From an uncultured Actinomycetes bacterium (GTDB lineage: Bacteria; Actinomycetota; UBA4738; HRBIN12): DNA of 64,000 nt. Below, piece after piece: positions 43,238 to 53,444 of this stretch. The position numbers were made by a program, and so were the translations under genes. The stretch spans positions 3,104,001-3,168,000 of the forward strand of contig OY969934.1 of the NCBI GenBank assembly GCA_963704725.1, given 5' to 3'. Position 1 is the first letter of the stretch, and every line of letters begins with the position of its first letter. The notes under the pieces are model-generated. The model saw only the letters and a program-made list of their open reading frames with translations. It did no database searches and was not told where the DNA came from.

Positions 43238-44665
43238 ATGGACGTCCCAGGCGCGAACGATGCCTTCGGTCCCGCGTTCGAGACCGAGGCCGACCGCCTG
43301 ACGGGCACGGTCGTGCGCGAGGGGAACGCGGTGACGTTCCTGCCGAGCGGCGAGGCATCGTACGCGCGACGGTGGGAGCTCCTCGAGAGCGCGGAGCGCA
43401 CGATCCACCTCGTCACGTTCTCGATCATCGACGACGACACCAGCGAGCGACTCGCCCGGACGGTCGCCGAGAAGGTGCGGCAGGGTGTCGAGGTTTCGAT
43501 CGTGTGCGACGACGCGGCGCTGTACACGACGCGGTCGCGCGGCATCGTCGCGCAGATGCGCGCCGCCGGGGCCGAGGTGCTCTGCTACGACCCGCCGTTC
43601 CGCCACCTCGGGGTCGACCTCCGTCGCCGGCACAAGATCCGCCAGCTCCTCAATCGGGCACGGCGACAGTTCAAGCGGCGGTTCCACGAGAAGTACCTCG
43701 TGGCCGACGGGACGCGGGCGATCCTCGGCGGCATGAACTGGGGGTCGAAGTACGCGACGGGCGGCGAGGACCCCAAGGGATGGCGCGACACCGATTGCCA
43801 CCTCACCGGCCCGATCGTCGCGGACGTCGAGCGCCGCTTCCTGGGGTCGCTCCTGTACTCCCGGGCGATGGAGGAGGCGTGGCGACGCCGCCGGGAGTCC
43901 GGGTTCGACGGGGAGGCGCTGGTGGAGCGGGCCGTCGCGGAGGCCGAGACCGTGGAATCGAGCCGCCCGGAGTGCTTCCCCCCGCTCCCGCCGACGGGCG
44001 AGGACCGGCTCCGCTACGTCGGGCACAAGCCGTACGACGAGGAGCGCCTGCCGCTCACGAACGCGTTCGTCCAGGCCGTCCGCGCCGCGCGCCGGTCGGT
44101 GTGGTGGGGGTGCCACGGCGTCCGGCCGCCGCGGATCCTGGCCGAGACGCTGGCCGAGGCCGCGGCCCGGGGCGTCGAGGTCCATCTCATCAGCAACTCG
44201 AAGGCATCGTCCCGCTCGCTCATGGGCCACGGGCTGTACGGCTGGATGTACTGGGAGTGCGGCAACCACTTCCGCTGGCTGATCGAGCACGGGATCCACG
44301 TGCACCTGTGGCAGCGGCCCGGCGCGTTCCACTCGAAGAACTTCCTCGCCGACGACGAGCTGTGCGCGATCGGCTCGTACAACACCGCCAACGGGTCGGC
44401 GTTCCATCACACCGAGAGCGCGGTCTTCGCCTCGGGCGGTTCGCTGCCCGGGGAGGTCCGCGACCAGTTCGCGATCGACCTCCGCGACTGCCGCGAGCTC
44501 ACGCTCGCCGAGACGCGGCGCCCCGCGAGCTGGGCCGACCCGTTCCGCCGCGGCCTGCACGAGCGCAACCTGCTCGTCGACCGGTCGCTGTGGCCACGGG
44601 ACCTCGCCGCCGACCTCGACGCCGGCCGGTACTCGTGGAAGTACGGAGTGCCGCCGGCCTGGTGA
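43238..44665 (+). CDS. Phospholipase D / cardiolipin synthase-like protein
   Basis: Two HKD motifs: HEKYLVAD...GGMN and HSKNFLAD...GSYN; WRDT. Confidence 0.9.
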   Translation: MDVPGANDAFGPAFETEADRLTGTVVREGNAVTFLPSGEASYARRWELLESAERTIHLVTFSIIDDDTSERLARTVAEKVRQGVEVSIVCDDAALYTTRSRGIVAQMRAAGAEVLCYDPPFRHLGVDLRRRHKIRQLLNRARRQFKRRFHEKYLVADGTRAILGGMNWGSKYATGGEDPKGWRDTDCHLTGPIVADVERRFLGSLLYSRAMEEAWRRRRESGFDGEALVERAVAEAETVESSRPECFPPLPPTGEDRLRYVGHKPYDEERLPLTNAFVQAVRAARRSVWWGCHGVRPPRILAETLAEAAARGVEVHLISNSKASSRSLMGHGLYGWMYWECGNHFRWLIEHGIHVHLWQRPGAFHSKNFLADDELCAIGSYNTANGSAFHHTESAVFASGGSLPGEVRDQFAIDLRDCRELTLAETRRPASWADPFRRGLHERNLLVDRSLWPRDLAADLDAGRYSWKYGVPPAW

Positions 44666-44681
44666 GCGCTCGAAAGCCCGA

Positions 44682-45527
44682 TCACGCGTCGAGCTGGTCG
44701 AGGATCGCGTCCCGGACGCGCGCCTGGATCGCCTCGTCCGCGAACCGGAACAGGTCGGTGCCGTGCTCGCCGGTCGGGACCAGCAGGATCGCCTTGGGCT
44801 CGGAGGACCATGCGTAGAAGCGCCGGGCGGAGCTCGGCGCGTCGCCGTCCCGGCGGCCGGCGATGAAGAGCTTGGGGACGGCGATCGGCTCCATCGTCGC
44901 GGGCCGGATGTCGTACGCGCCGAGGAACTTCGGCGATGACAGGGTGATCACGCCGGCGAGGTCGGGGGGACCGGTGCTCGCTGCCTGCAGGCATGCGTCG
45001 CCGCCGACGCTCGCGCCGACGAGCCACACGCGCGTCGCCCCGCGTTCGCGAAGGACCCGGGCGGCGCCGAGCACGTCCATCCAGGTGTCCGCCAGCGCGC
45101 CGGGCTCCGAACACCCCCCGATGCCGCCCGGGCAATAGCCGCGGAAGTCGAACGTGAGGACGGCGAATCCGTGGGCCGCCAGCTCCGAGGCGACCTCGAA
45201 CCACGCGGTCTGGTCGTTGTCGATCTGGTGCGCCAGGACCACGCCGACGTCGCCGGCACCGAAGATCCGGCCGGCGAGCCGGGTGCCGTCGCCCGCCCGG
45301 AACCGCAGCGCCTCGGAGCTCGCCGGCGGTCCGTCGGATGCCGGATCCTCGGGCGACGGCGACATCGAGAGCCGGGCGGTCGTCGTCGGACGCGGCGCGG
45401 CAGCCGGGTCACCGGAGCAGGCCGCGAGGAGCGCGACCGCGGCGACCGGGGCGATCCACCGGCGAAGGTCCACGACGGGAGATACGGTGACCGGGCGGGC
45501 CTCGGAGCTACGTGGCGGCGCGGTCAT
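44682..45527 (-). CDS. Alpha/beta hydrolase lipoprotein
   Basis: LAAC lipobox; DFRGY, GASVGG, HGTDL. Confidence 0.85.
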   Translation of the reverse strand: MTAPPRSSEARPVTVSPVVDLRRWIAPVAAVALLAACSGDPAAAPRPTTTARLSMSPSPEDPASDGPPASSEALRFRAGDGTRLAGRIFGAGDVGVVLAHQIDNDQTAWFEVASELAAHGFAVLTFDFRGYCPGGIGGCSEPGALADTWMDVLGAARVLRERGATRVWLVGASVGGDACLQAASTGPPDLAGVITLSSPKFLGAYDIRPATMEPIAVPKLFIAGRRDGDAPSSARRFYAWSSEPKAILLVPTGEHGTDLFRFADEAIQARVRDAILDQLDA

Positions 45528-46059
45528 CCCGCCGGATCTCGTACCGGACGCCGAACCACACCTCGCCCTCGAACCGACGCTCGAACCGCTCGGTCAGGCG
45601 CATCCCCACCTTCTCGGCCACGCGGATCGACGGCGCGTTGTCGGCGCTCGCGTAGGCGCGGACGACGTCGGCCCCCAGCGCGTCGAACGCGTACGCGACG
45701 AGCGCCCGCACCGCCTCGGTGGCGTACCCGCGCCGCTGAAACCGGGGGTCCGTCGTGTACCCCACCTTGATCACGCCGTTCTCGCCCTCGGCCGGGCTCA
45801 GACCGACGTCGGCGACGAGCCGCCCGCTCGCGAGCTCCTCCACCGAGAGCTGCACCCATCCCGGCTCACCGGGCGCACGACCGGCCATCTCCTCGATCTC
45901 GGCACGGATGCCCTGGGGATCGGTCCGATCCCACCCCTGGTAGCGGCGGACCTCGGGAAGGCTCCGGTAGGCCGAGATGGCTTCGGCGTCCCCGGGCAGC
46001 GACCGGCGCAGCCGCAGGCGCTCGGTGACGATCGGCTCGAACCCCGTGTCGATGCTCAT
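45508..46059 (-). CDS. GNAT acetyltransferase (RimJ/RimL type)
   Basis: TERLRLR, QRRGYATEA, NAPSIRVAEKVGM. Confidence 0.9.
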   Translation of the reverse strand: MSIDTGFEPIVTERLRLRRSLPGDAEAISAYRSLPEVRRYQGWDRTDPQGIRAEIEEMAGRAPGEPGWVQLSVEELASGRLVADVGLSPAEGENGVIKVGYTTDPRFQRRGYATEAVRALVAYAFDALGADVVRAYASADNAPSIRVAEKVGMRLTERFERRFEGEVWFGVRYEIRRDDRAAT

Positions 46060-46080
46060 CGAAGCCCATACCGTACCCAG

Positions 46081-47079
46081 GTGGACCCGAGGACTCGCGT
46101 CGAGACCGCGCTGGCGCTCGGACGCCCGGACCGGCCGCCCGCGACGTGGTGGGGCCACACCTACGAGCAGGAGTGGTCGGCGGCCGACCTCGCCGCCGTC
46201 ACCGCCGCCCGGCAACGCGCGTTCGGCTGGGACCTGGTCAAGCTCCAGCCCCGGGCGAGCTGCTTCGCCGAGGCCTTCGGCTCCTCGTACCGGCCCTCCG
46301 GCGACGCCGGGACCGGCCCCGTCCTGGTGCGACCCGCGGTCGCCGGCCCGAGGGACTGGTCCCGCCTCCCCGAGGCCGACGCCACCTCGACGCCGCTGGC
46401 CGATCAGGTGGAGGCGGTGCGCCGCGTGGTCGGGGAGCTCGGGCCCTCGGTGCCGGTGCTCCAGACGGTGTTCTCCCCGCTCACCGTGGCGGGGTACCTG
46501 GTGGGCGAGGACAAGCCCCGCGCGGCGACGGCCCTCCGCGAGCGACCGGATCTCCTCGGCCCGGCGCTCGAGCGCATCGGTGACGCGCTCGCCGGCTTCG
46601 CCGCCGCCTCCGTGGACGCGGGTGCCGCCGGCATCTTCTACGCGATCTCCGGCTACGCCTCGCGTGACCTGCTCTCGTACGACGACTACGCCCGGCTCGC
46701 CCTCCCCCACGACCGCCGCGTGCTCGACGCCGTCCCGGCCGACGCGTGGTTCGACGTCCTGCATCTGTGCGGAGCGCGCGTGCACTTCGAGCTCGCGTCG
46801 TCGCTCCCCGCGCACGCCGTGAGCTGGTCGGTGCACGAGCCCGGCAACCCCTCGCTGGCCGACGGTCGCGACCTGACCGGTCGCGCCGTCATGGGCGGCG
46901 TGGACCACATCCGGACGCTCGTCCGCGGGGGGCCCGAGGACGTGCGCGCGCAGGTGGAGGCGGCCGTCGCCGACACGGACGGCGTCGGGCTGATCCTCGC
47001 GCCGGGGTGCTCGGTGCCGCCCGAGGCCCCGGAGAGCACCCTCCGCGCGCTCATGTTCGCGGCGTCCGCAACATCGTAG
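46081..47079 (+). CDS. Uroporphyrinogen decarboxylase-family protein
   Basis: PDRPP, QTVFSP, AGAAGIFYA, LHLCG, MGGVD, ILAPGCSVP; leaderless. Confidence 0.85.
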   Translation: MDPRTRVETALALGRPDRPPATWWGHTYEQEWSAADLAAVTAARQRAFGWDLVKLQPRASCFAEAFGSSYRPSGDAGTGPVLVRPAVAGPRDWSRLPEADATSTPLADQVEAVRRVVGELGPSVPVLQTVFSPLTVAGYLVGEDKPRAATALRERPDLLGPALERIGDALAGFAAASVDAGAAGIFYAISGYASRDLLSYDDYARLALPHDRRVLDAVPADAWFDVLHLCGARVHFELASSLPAHAVSWSVHEPGNPSLADGRDLTGRAVMGGVDHIRTLVRGGPEDVRAQVEAAVADTDGVGLILAPGCSVPPEAPESTLRALMFAASATS

Positions 47080-47215
47080 GGACCCGTTCACCGCGCGGTA
47101 AGGCCCCCGCAAGACCCCTCCGGTATCCAGGGTGCAGCGCGGCACGAGCGAGGACCGGAGGAGGTGAGGATGCGCCGCGCGGACCGGCCCGACTCATCCC
47201 ACGGAGGTGCGATCC

Positions 47216-48310
47216 ATGCGAAGGCCTCTTCGGATCCTCGCGCTCGCGCTCGGGTCCCTGTTGATCTCTCTGCTCCTGTCGGCGCCGGCGTCGGCCGTCA
47301 CCACCGCCGGCGCCGTCTACGCGTTGTCGAACGACCCGGGCGGCAACGCCGTGCTCGTGTTCGACCGCGCGGACGACGGCACCCTGTCCCCCGCCGGATC
47401 GGTCCCCACCGGGGGGAACGGCTCCGGGGACGCGCTGGGCAGCCAGGGGGCGCTCGTCCTGACCGACGACGGCGCGTGGCTGCTGGCCGTGAACGCGGGC
47501 AGCGACGACGTGTCGGTCCTGTCGGTCGGCGCGACGGGGATCGCGGCGAGCGACGTCGCGCCCTCGGGAGGCACCCGGCCGATCAGCGTGACGGCGCATC
47601 GGAACCTCGTGTTCGTGCTGAACGACGGGACGGACTCCGTGTCCGGACTCCGGCTCGACGCGAGCGGCACGCTGACGCCGATCCCCGGCTCGACGGCCGG
47701 CCTCTCGGCACCCGGCGTGGACCCCGCACAGATCGAGTTCACGCCCGACGGCCACAAGCTCGTCGTGACCGAGAAGAACACGAACCTCATCGACGTCTTC
47801 AAGGTGACCTCGAGCGGTCGGATCTCGAAGCCGAGGGTCCAGGCGTCCGAGGGCGCGACGCCGTTCGGCTTCGCGTTCGACCGCTCCGGCCGGCTGTTCG
47901 TCTCCGAGGCGTTCGGCGGCGCGCCGGGCGCGAGCGCGGTGTCCGCGTACTCGGTCGGACCGACCGGGCTGCTCGGCACGATCAGCGCGTCGGTCCCGGA
48001 TCAGCAGGCGGCGGCGTGCTGGGTCGTCGTGACCGCGGACGGACGGTTCGCCTACACGACGAATACGGGCAGCAACTCGGTGTCGGGCTATGCGATCGCC
48101 GCCGACGGCTCGCTCACCCTCCTGCCGAGCGGGCCCGCACCCGCTGGAGGCGCCCCCGTCGACATGGGAGTCGCCGGAGGATACCTGTACGCGCGGAACT
48201 CCAGCTCTCAAGACATCAGCGCGTACGTGGTGGCCGACGACGGATCGCTGACCTCGATCGCGGGCGCGTCCGGGCTGCCGGCTTCGGCGGCCGGCCTGGC
48301 CGCCTCGTAG
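47216..48310 (+). CDS. Secreted lactonase-like beta-propeller protein
   Basis: Signal peptide; TGGNG, SQGAL, AVNAGS, FTPDG, TPFGF, AACW. Confidence 0.85.
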   Translation: MRRPLRILALALGSLLISLLLSAPASAVTTAGAVYALSNDPGGNAVLVFDRADDGTLSPAGSVPTGGNGSGDALGSQGALVLTDDGAWLLAVNAGSDDVSVLSVGATGIAASDVAPSGGTRPISVTAHRNLVFVLNDGTDSVSGLRLDASGTLTPIPGSTAGLSAPGVDPAQIEFTPDGHKLVVTEKNTNLIDVFKVTSSGRISKPRVQASEGATPFGFAFDRSGRLFVSEAFGGAPGASAVSAYSVGPTGLLGTISASVPDQQAAACWVVVTADGRFAYTTNTGSNSVSGYAIAADGSLTLLPSGPAPAGGAPVDMGVAGGYLYARNSSSQDISAYVVADDGSLTSIAGASGLPASAAGLAAS

Positions 48311-48395
48311 GGCGCGCGGGATCGACCAACACGCGGCCGGGCGGCCGGGGCTTCGTGCCCGATCGCCCGGCCGCCCCGGGCCGAGCGCGACGAGG

Positions 48396-49061
48396 TCACC
48401 CTCGGAACAGGCCGGCGACGACGTTCAGCGTCGTCGCCACGATCACCACGCCGAACAGGTACGACAGCAGCGTGTGTCGGAGCGCCGTCCGCCGGAACAC
48501 CCTCGCGGTGAGCGGCGTGTCCGAGACCTGATACGTCATCCCCAGCGTGAAGGCGAGGTACGCGAAGTCCACGTACGAGGGCGGCTCCTCCCCGAAGTCG
48601 ATGCCCCCGCCGCGCTCGTAGTACAGGCGGGCGTACCGGAGCGCGAACACCGTGTGGACGGCCGTCCACGACAGGCCCACGCTGAGCACCACGGCGCCGT
48701 TCACGAGCCCCGCGGAGACCCGGGAGAGCCCGGCCGCCTCCGCGAGCGCGAACCCCCCGCCGGCCAGGTTCATCACGGCCGCCAACAGCAGGACGACGTC
48801 CGCGGCCGCGCGCGACGAGTCCTCCCGCATCGCCACGAGCCTCGTGTGCTCGGCGTCCAGGTGCCCCACCCCCAGCCACACCCACCCCACGTAGAGCGCC
48901 ATCGCGGCGTCCCACCCGAGCAGGAGCGCGACCTGCCACGGGACGACGAAGGCGGTCGCGGCGCCCACGACCACCCCGGCGCCGATCGAGAGCCCCGCCC
49001 GCGTTCCGGCCCGGGCCCGGATCATCTCCCGGCCCGGGTCGCGCCTCGTCGGTCGATCCAT
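48396..49061 (-). CDS. DUF1345 membrane protein
   Basis: GWD, SW..VHTVFALRYARLYY, PSYVDFAY, GMTYQVSD, LSYLFG. Confidence 0.9.
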   Translation of the reverse strand: MDRPTRRDPGREMIRARAGTRAGLSIGAGVVVGAATAFVVPWQVALLLGWDAAMALYVGWVWLGVGHLDAEHTRLVAMREDSSRAAADVVLLLAAVMNLAGGGFALAEAAGLSRVSAGLVNGAVVLSVGLSWTAVHTVFALRYARLYYERGGGIDFGEEPPSYVDFAYLAFTLGMTYQVSDTPLTARVFRRTALRHTLLSYLFGVVIVATTLNVVAGLFRG

Positions 49062-49294
49062 CACCGGGTCCCGTCGCTCCGCATCGGCCCAGCCTACGGC
49101 CCCCGCGATCCCGCTCGGGGGCGGTCCGGACGCCCTCACGCCCGTGTGACCTTGGCCCCTACCTCGAGATGCGACCCTCCCGCAGCGTATGGGGGTCTGA
49201 CGGAAGGAAGGGCGCCAGAAACGGCGGAGCACCGATCGACGCTCGCGCCCACCCCGAGGCTCGGGTCGGGGACATCGACGAGGAGGAGCGACCG

Positions 49295-51925
49295 ATGAAG
49301 CTCAACCCTGAGACCCTGGCCAAGGCGTCCAGCCGGCACCCCTGGCGGACGCTCGGCACCTGGGTCGTCCTGATCGCGATGATGGGGCTCGTCAGCACCA
49401 AGCTGCTCACCGGCGTGCTGACCGACGACATCGCGTTCACCAGCAAGCCGGAGGCCGTCAAGGCCCAGGACGTGATCGACGCGAAGTTCGGGGGCGCGGC
49501 CGGATTCACCGAGTTCCTCGTCGTGCAGTCGGCGACGGGGTCGTGGGACGAGGCCTTCGCCGCGTACGTCCAGGACCTGAAGGCCCGGACGGAGGCCCTC
49601 GGCGCGGACGTGATCGACGGGCCCGTGGCCACCTACGCGGACGCGCAGGCGGCGGTCGCGCAGCTCAACACGCCGGACGGCCACGGCATGCTGCTCGTGC
49701 TGCAACTCCGCGGCAACGCCGGCGCCGTGATCGCCCGGCTCGGCGACGCGGTCGCCGCGGCGACCCCCGCGGACTACCAGGCGCAGGTCCTCTCGCCCGC
49801 TCAGCTCGCCGAGCTCTCGGGCGGCGATCCGGGCTCGGCGGCCGCGCAGCCCGACCCGCCGGAGGCCTTCGTCCTCATCACCAACCCCTACGCCGTGACG
49901 GGCAACGTGGAGTTCCTTGCCACGGTCCGCGCGATCGAGACGGCCGTGACCCGCACGGGCGGATCCGATCTCGCGGCTCCCCCGTTCAGCGGATACGACG
50001 CCTCGCAGCAGGCGGCCTCGCTCATCTCGAGCGACCAGCGGACCACCCTCGTCGCCGTGCCGATCGTCGAGCAGTCGGAGGCGGTCGTCGCCGACCTGCG
50101 ACGCGTGGCGGCCAACGTGTCGAACGACACCTACACGGTGCAGGTGGCCGGCCAGGCCGCGCTCTTCGCCGACTTCATGAAGGTCGCCGAGGAGGACATG
50201 CGGAAGTCGGAGTCGATCGGCCTCGTGGTCGCCCTGATCGTGCTGATCGTCGTCTTCGGCTCGATCCTCGCCGCGGTGCTGCCGCTGGTGATGGGGATGT
50301 TCGCGATCGGCGTGTCGCTCGGCCTCGTCGCGCTGGTGGGGCAGCTCTTCCAGTTCAACATGTTCGTCGAGAACATCATCACGATGATCGGCCTGGCGGT
50401 CGGCATCGACTACTCGCTGTTCATCGTGTCCCGCTATCGCGAGGAACGGAAGAAGGGCTACCCCAAGCTCGACGCCATCCGCCGTTCGGGCGCCACGGCG
50501 AGCCGCGCGGTCTTCTTCAGCGGCCTCACGGTCGTGCTCGCGCTCCTCGGGATGCTGATCCTGCCGGTCTCGATGTTCCGCAGCCTCGCCGGCGGGGCGA
50601 TCCTGGTGACGCTCTGCGCCATCGCGGCCTCGATGACGCTCCTGCCGGCGATCCTCGGCCTGCTCGGCGACCGGATCAACTGGCCCCGGCTGTCCAAGCG
50701 CGCACGCGTCGACAGCTCGCACGATCCCAAGGGCGGGTTCTGGGACCGGATCACCCGCAGCGTCATGGCCAAGCCCGTCGTGTTCCTCGTGGTGAGCGTG
50801 ATGATCCTGGGGACGCTCGGCTCGTTCTTCTTCCAGCTCCACCGCGGCACGTCCAACAACGTGAGCGGGCTGCCCGAGGACTTCCCCTCGCGCCAGGCGT
50901 TCATGACGCTGGTCAGCGAGTTCGATTCGGGTGGCGCGACCGACCCGGCGCAGATCGTGATCACCGGCGACGTCACCAAGCCCGCCGTGCAGGCGGCCGT
51001 CAAGGGGCTCGAGCGCGGGATCGCGGCCGACGACACGTTCTCGAGCCGGACCAGCACGGCCCAGTCGAAGGACGGCAACGCCCTGCTCATGTCGGTCTAC
51101 TTCGCCGGCGACCCGTACAACGACGCGGCCTTCCAGGGCATCCGGGACCTGCGCAGCACGATCGTCCCGCAGGCGTTCGCCGGCGTCCCCGGGGTCGAGG
51201 TGATGGTCGGAGGCAACAGCGGCTTCTTCGTGGACTTCCTGGGCATCGTGGACTCGTACCAGTGGGTCGTCCTGGCCTTCGTCCTCGGGCTCTCGTTCGT
51301 GCTCCTGACGGTGGTGTTCCGCTCGATCGTCGTGCCGTTCAAGGCGATCGTCATGAACCTGCTCTCGGTCATGGCCGCGTACGGCGCCGTCACGCTCGTG
51401 TTCCAGAAGGGGTTCGGGCTCGGCTTCTTCAACGCGCTGGGGTTCCCGTTCAAGCGGGCCGAGGCGATCGAGGCGTGGCTCCCGCTGTTCCTGTTCTCGA
51501 TCCTGTTCGGCCTGTCCATGGACTACCACGTCTTCCTCCTCACGCGGATCCGCGAGGAGTACGACAAGACGCACGACAACACCGAGGCCGTCGCCTACGG
51601 TCTTCGGACCACCGCGGGGATCATCACCGGCGCGGCCCTGATCATGGTCACGGTCTTCGGGGCGTTCGCCGCGGGGCGCCTCGGACAGTTCCAGCAGATG
51701 GGGTTCGGCCTGGCCATCGCGGTGTTGATGGACGCCACGATCGTCCGAACGCTGCTCGTCCCGGCCAGCATGCGGTTGCTCGGCGACTGGAACTGGTACC
51801 TGCCGAGATGGCTCGGCTGGCTCCCGCAGCTCCGGGTCGAGGGAGCCGAGGAGGAGGCCGAGGCGGCGACGCTGGTCACCACGCCCCTGGAGGTGGCGCC
51901 GGGCAAGACGCCGACCACCCGATAA
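49295..51925 (+). CDS. MMPL family RND transporter with enlarged first extracytoplasmic region
   Basis: [45 protein letters not shown]; AGGAGG RBS. Confidence 0.93.
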   Translation: MKLNPETLAKASSRHPWRTLGTWVVLIAMMGLVSTKLLTGVLTDDIAFTSKPEAVKAQDVIDAKFGGAAGFTEFLVVQSATGSWDEAFAAYVQDLKARTEALGADVIDGPVATYADAQAAVAQLNTPDGHGMLLVLQLRGNAGAVIARLGDAVAAATPADYQAQVLSPAQLAELSGGDPGSAAAQPDPPEAFVLITNPYAVTGNVEFLATVRAIETAVTRTGGSDLAAPPFSGYDASQQAASLISSDQRTTLVAVPIVEQSEAVVADLRRVAANVSNDTYTVQVAGQAALFADFMKVAEEDMRKSESIGLVVALIVLIVVFGSILAAVLPLVMGMFAIGVSLGLVALVGQLFQFNMFVENIITMIGLAVGIDYSLFIVSRYREERKKGYPKLDAIRRSGATASRAVFFSGLTVVLALLGMLILPVSMFRSLAGGAILVTLCAIAASMTLLPAILGLLGDRINWPRLSKRARVDSSHDPKGGFWDRITRSVMAKPVVFLVVSVMILGTLGSFFFQLHRGTSNNVSGLPEDFPSRQAFMTLVSEFDSGGATDPAQIVITGDVTKPAVQAAVKGLERGIAADDTFSSRTSTAQSKDGNALLMSVYFAGDPYNDAAFQGIRDLRSTIVPQAFAGVPGVEVMVGGNSGFFVDFLGIVDSYQWVVLAFVLGLSFVLLTVVFRSIVVPFKAIVMNLLSVMAAYGAVTLVFQKGFGLGFFNALGFPFKRAEAIEAWLPLFLFSILFGLSMDYHVFLLTRIREEYDKTHDNTEAVAYGLRTTAGIITGAALIMVTVFGAFAAGRLGQFQQMGFGLAIAVLMDATIVRTLLVPASMRLLGDWNWYLPRWLGWLPQLRVEGAEEEAEAATLVTTPLEVAPGKTPTTR

Positions 51926-51947
51926 CCGTTCGACGTATCGACGTTCA

Positions 51948-51978
51948 CGAGAGGCCCGCCGCCCCGGCGGGCCTCTCG
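51948..51978 (+). terminator. 14-bp stem hairpin after the MMPL gene
   Basis: CGAGAGGCCCGCCG-CCC-CGGCGGGCCTCTCG. Confidence 0.7.
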
Positions 51979-52046
51979 CGTTCGCGCCGGGGACGGGCGC
52001 GCATCCGCCTGCCACACTCCCATCGGAACGCCTCCAGGAGGAACCC

Positions 52047-53438
52047 ATGACCGACGACCGGACCGAGACCGACTCGATGGGCGCGATCGACGTGCCCGCT
52101 AACCGCTACTGGGGCGCGCAGACGCAGCGCTCGATCCACCACTTCACGATCGGATGGCCGGACGCCGACCGGATGCCGGTCGAGATCGTCCGCGCCATGG
52201 GCATCCTGAAGAAGGCGGCCGCCCTGGCCAACGTCGAGAACGGGAGGCTGGACCCGGCGCTCGGCAAGCTCATCGTCGCCGCGGCCGACGAGGTGATCGA
52301 CGGGACGCTCGACGACCACTTCCCCCTCTACGTGTGGCAGACGGGCTCGGGCACGCAGTCCAACATGAACGCGAACGAGGTCATCTCCAACCGCGCCATC
52401 GAGATGGCCGGCGGCGAGATGGGCTCGAAGAAGCCCATCCACCCGAACGACCACGTGAACCTGTCGCAGTCCTCCAACGACACGTTCCCCACCGCCATGC
52501 ACATCGCGGGCGCCCGGATGGTGGTCGAGCAGCTCCTGCCCCGCGTCCGCGAGCTGCGCGACGCCCTCGCCCGCCGCGCGACGGAGTTCGACGCCATCGT
52601 GAAGATCGGGCGCACGCACCTGCAGGACGCCGTGCCCCTCACGCTGGGGCAGGAGTTCGGCGGGTACGCCGCCCAGCTCGACGCGGACCTCGCTCGGATC
52701 GAGGCGGCCCTGCCCGGCCTGTACGAGCTGGCCATCGGTGGAACGGCGGTCGGCACGGGACTGAACGCGCCGCCGGGGTTCGGTGCGGCTTGTGCCGCAA
52801 AGATCTCCGAGCTGACCGGGCTGCCGTTCGTCGATGCGCCGAACAAGTTCCAGGCCCTCGCCGCGCACGACGGCGTCGTCTTCATGAGCGGGGCGCTCGC
52901 CACGCTGGCCGCCTCGTTGATGAAGATCGCCAACGACGTCCGGTGGCTCGGCTCGGGCCCGCGAGCGGGCATCGGCGAGCTGAACCTCCCGGAGAACGAG
53001 CCGGGCTCCTCGATCATGCCCGGCAAGGTGAACCCCACCCAGTCCGAGGCGATGACGATGGTCGCGGTGCAGGTGTTCGGGAACGACACGGCCGTGAAGT
53101 TCGCCGGATCGCAGGGCAACTTCGAGCTGAACGTCTTCAAGCCCGTGATGATCCGCAACCTCCTGCACTCGGCGCGGCTGCTCGCCGACGTCTGCCGGAC
53201 CTTCCGCGAGTTCTGCATCGAGGGCCTCGAGCCCAACCGGGAGCAGATCGAGCAGCTCGTCGGCTCCTCGCTGATGCTCGTCACGGCGCTCACGCCCAAG
53301 ATCGGCTACGACCGGGCCGCGGAGATCGCCAAGAAGGCGCACCACGAGGGGACGAGCCTGAAGGAGGCGGCCCTCGCGCTCGGCTATCTCACCGAGGCCG
53401 AGTACGACGAGCTCGTGGTCCCCGCCAAGCTGGTCTGA
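52047..53438 (+). CDS. fumC: Class II fumarate hydratase
   Basis: [58 protein letters not shown]. Confidence 0.96.
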   Translation: MTDDRTETDSMGAIDVPANRYWGAQTQRSIHHFTIGWPDADRMPVEIVRAMGILKKAAALANVENGRLDPALGKLIVAAADEVIDGTLDDHFPLYVWQTGSGTQSNMNANEVISNRAIEMAGGEMGSKKPIHPNDHVNLSQSSNDTFPTAMHIAGARMVVEQLLPRVRELRDALARRATEFDAIVKIGRTHLQDAVPLTLGQEFGGYAAQLDADLARIEAALPGLYELAIGGTAVGTGLNAPPGFGAACAAKISELTGLPFVDAPNKFQALAAHDGVVFMSGALATLAASLMKIANDVRWLGSGPRAGIGELNLPENEPGSSIMPGKVNPTQSEAMTMVAVQVFGNDTAVKFAGSQGNFELNVFKPVMIRNLLHSARLLADVCRTFREFCIEGLEPNREQIEQLVGSSLMLVTALTPKIGYDRAAEIAKKAHHEGTSLKEAALALGYLTEAEYDELVVPAKLV

Positions 53439-53444
53439 GCGCCC

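Noticed and set aside
46081-47079. Calling this gene hemE
   Set aside because: It lacks the HemE N-terminal W.MRQAGR motif; only a family-level call is supported.
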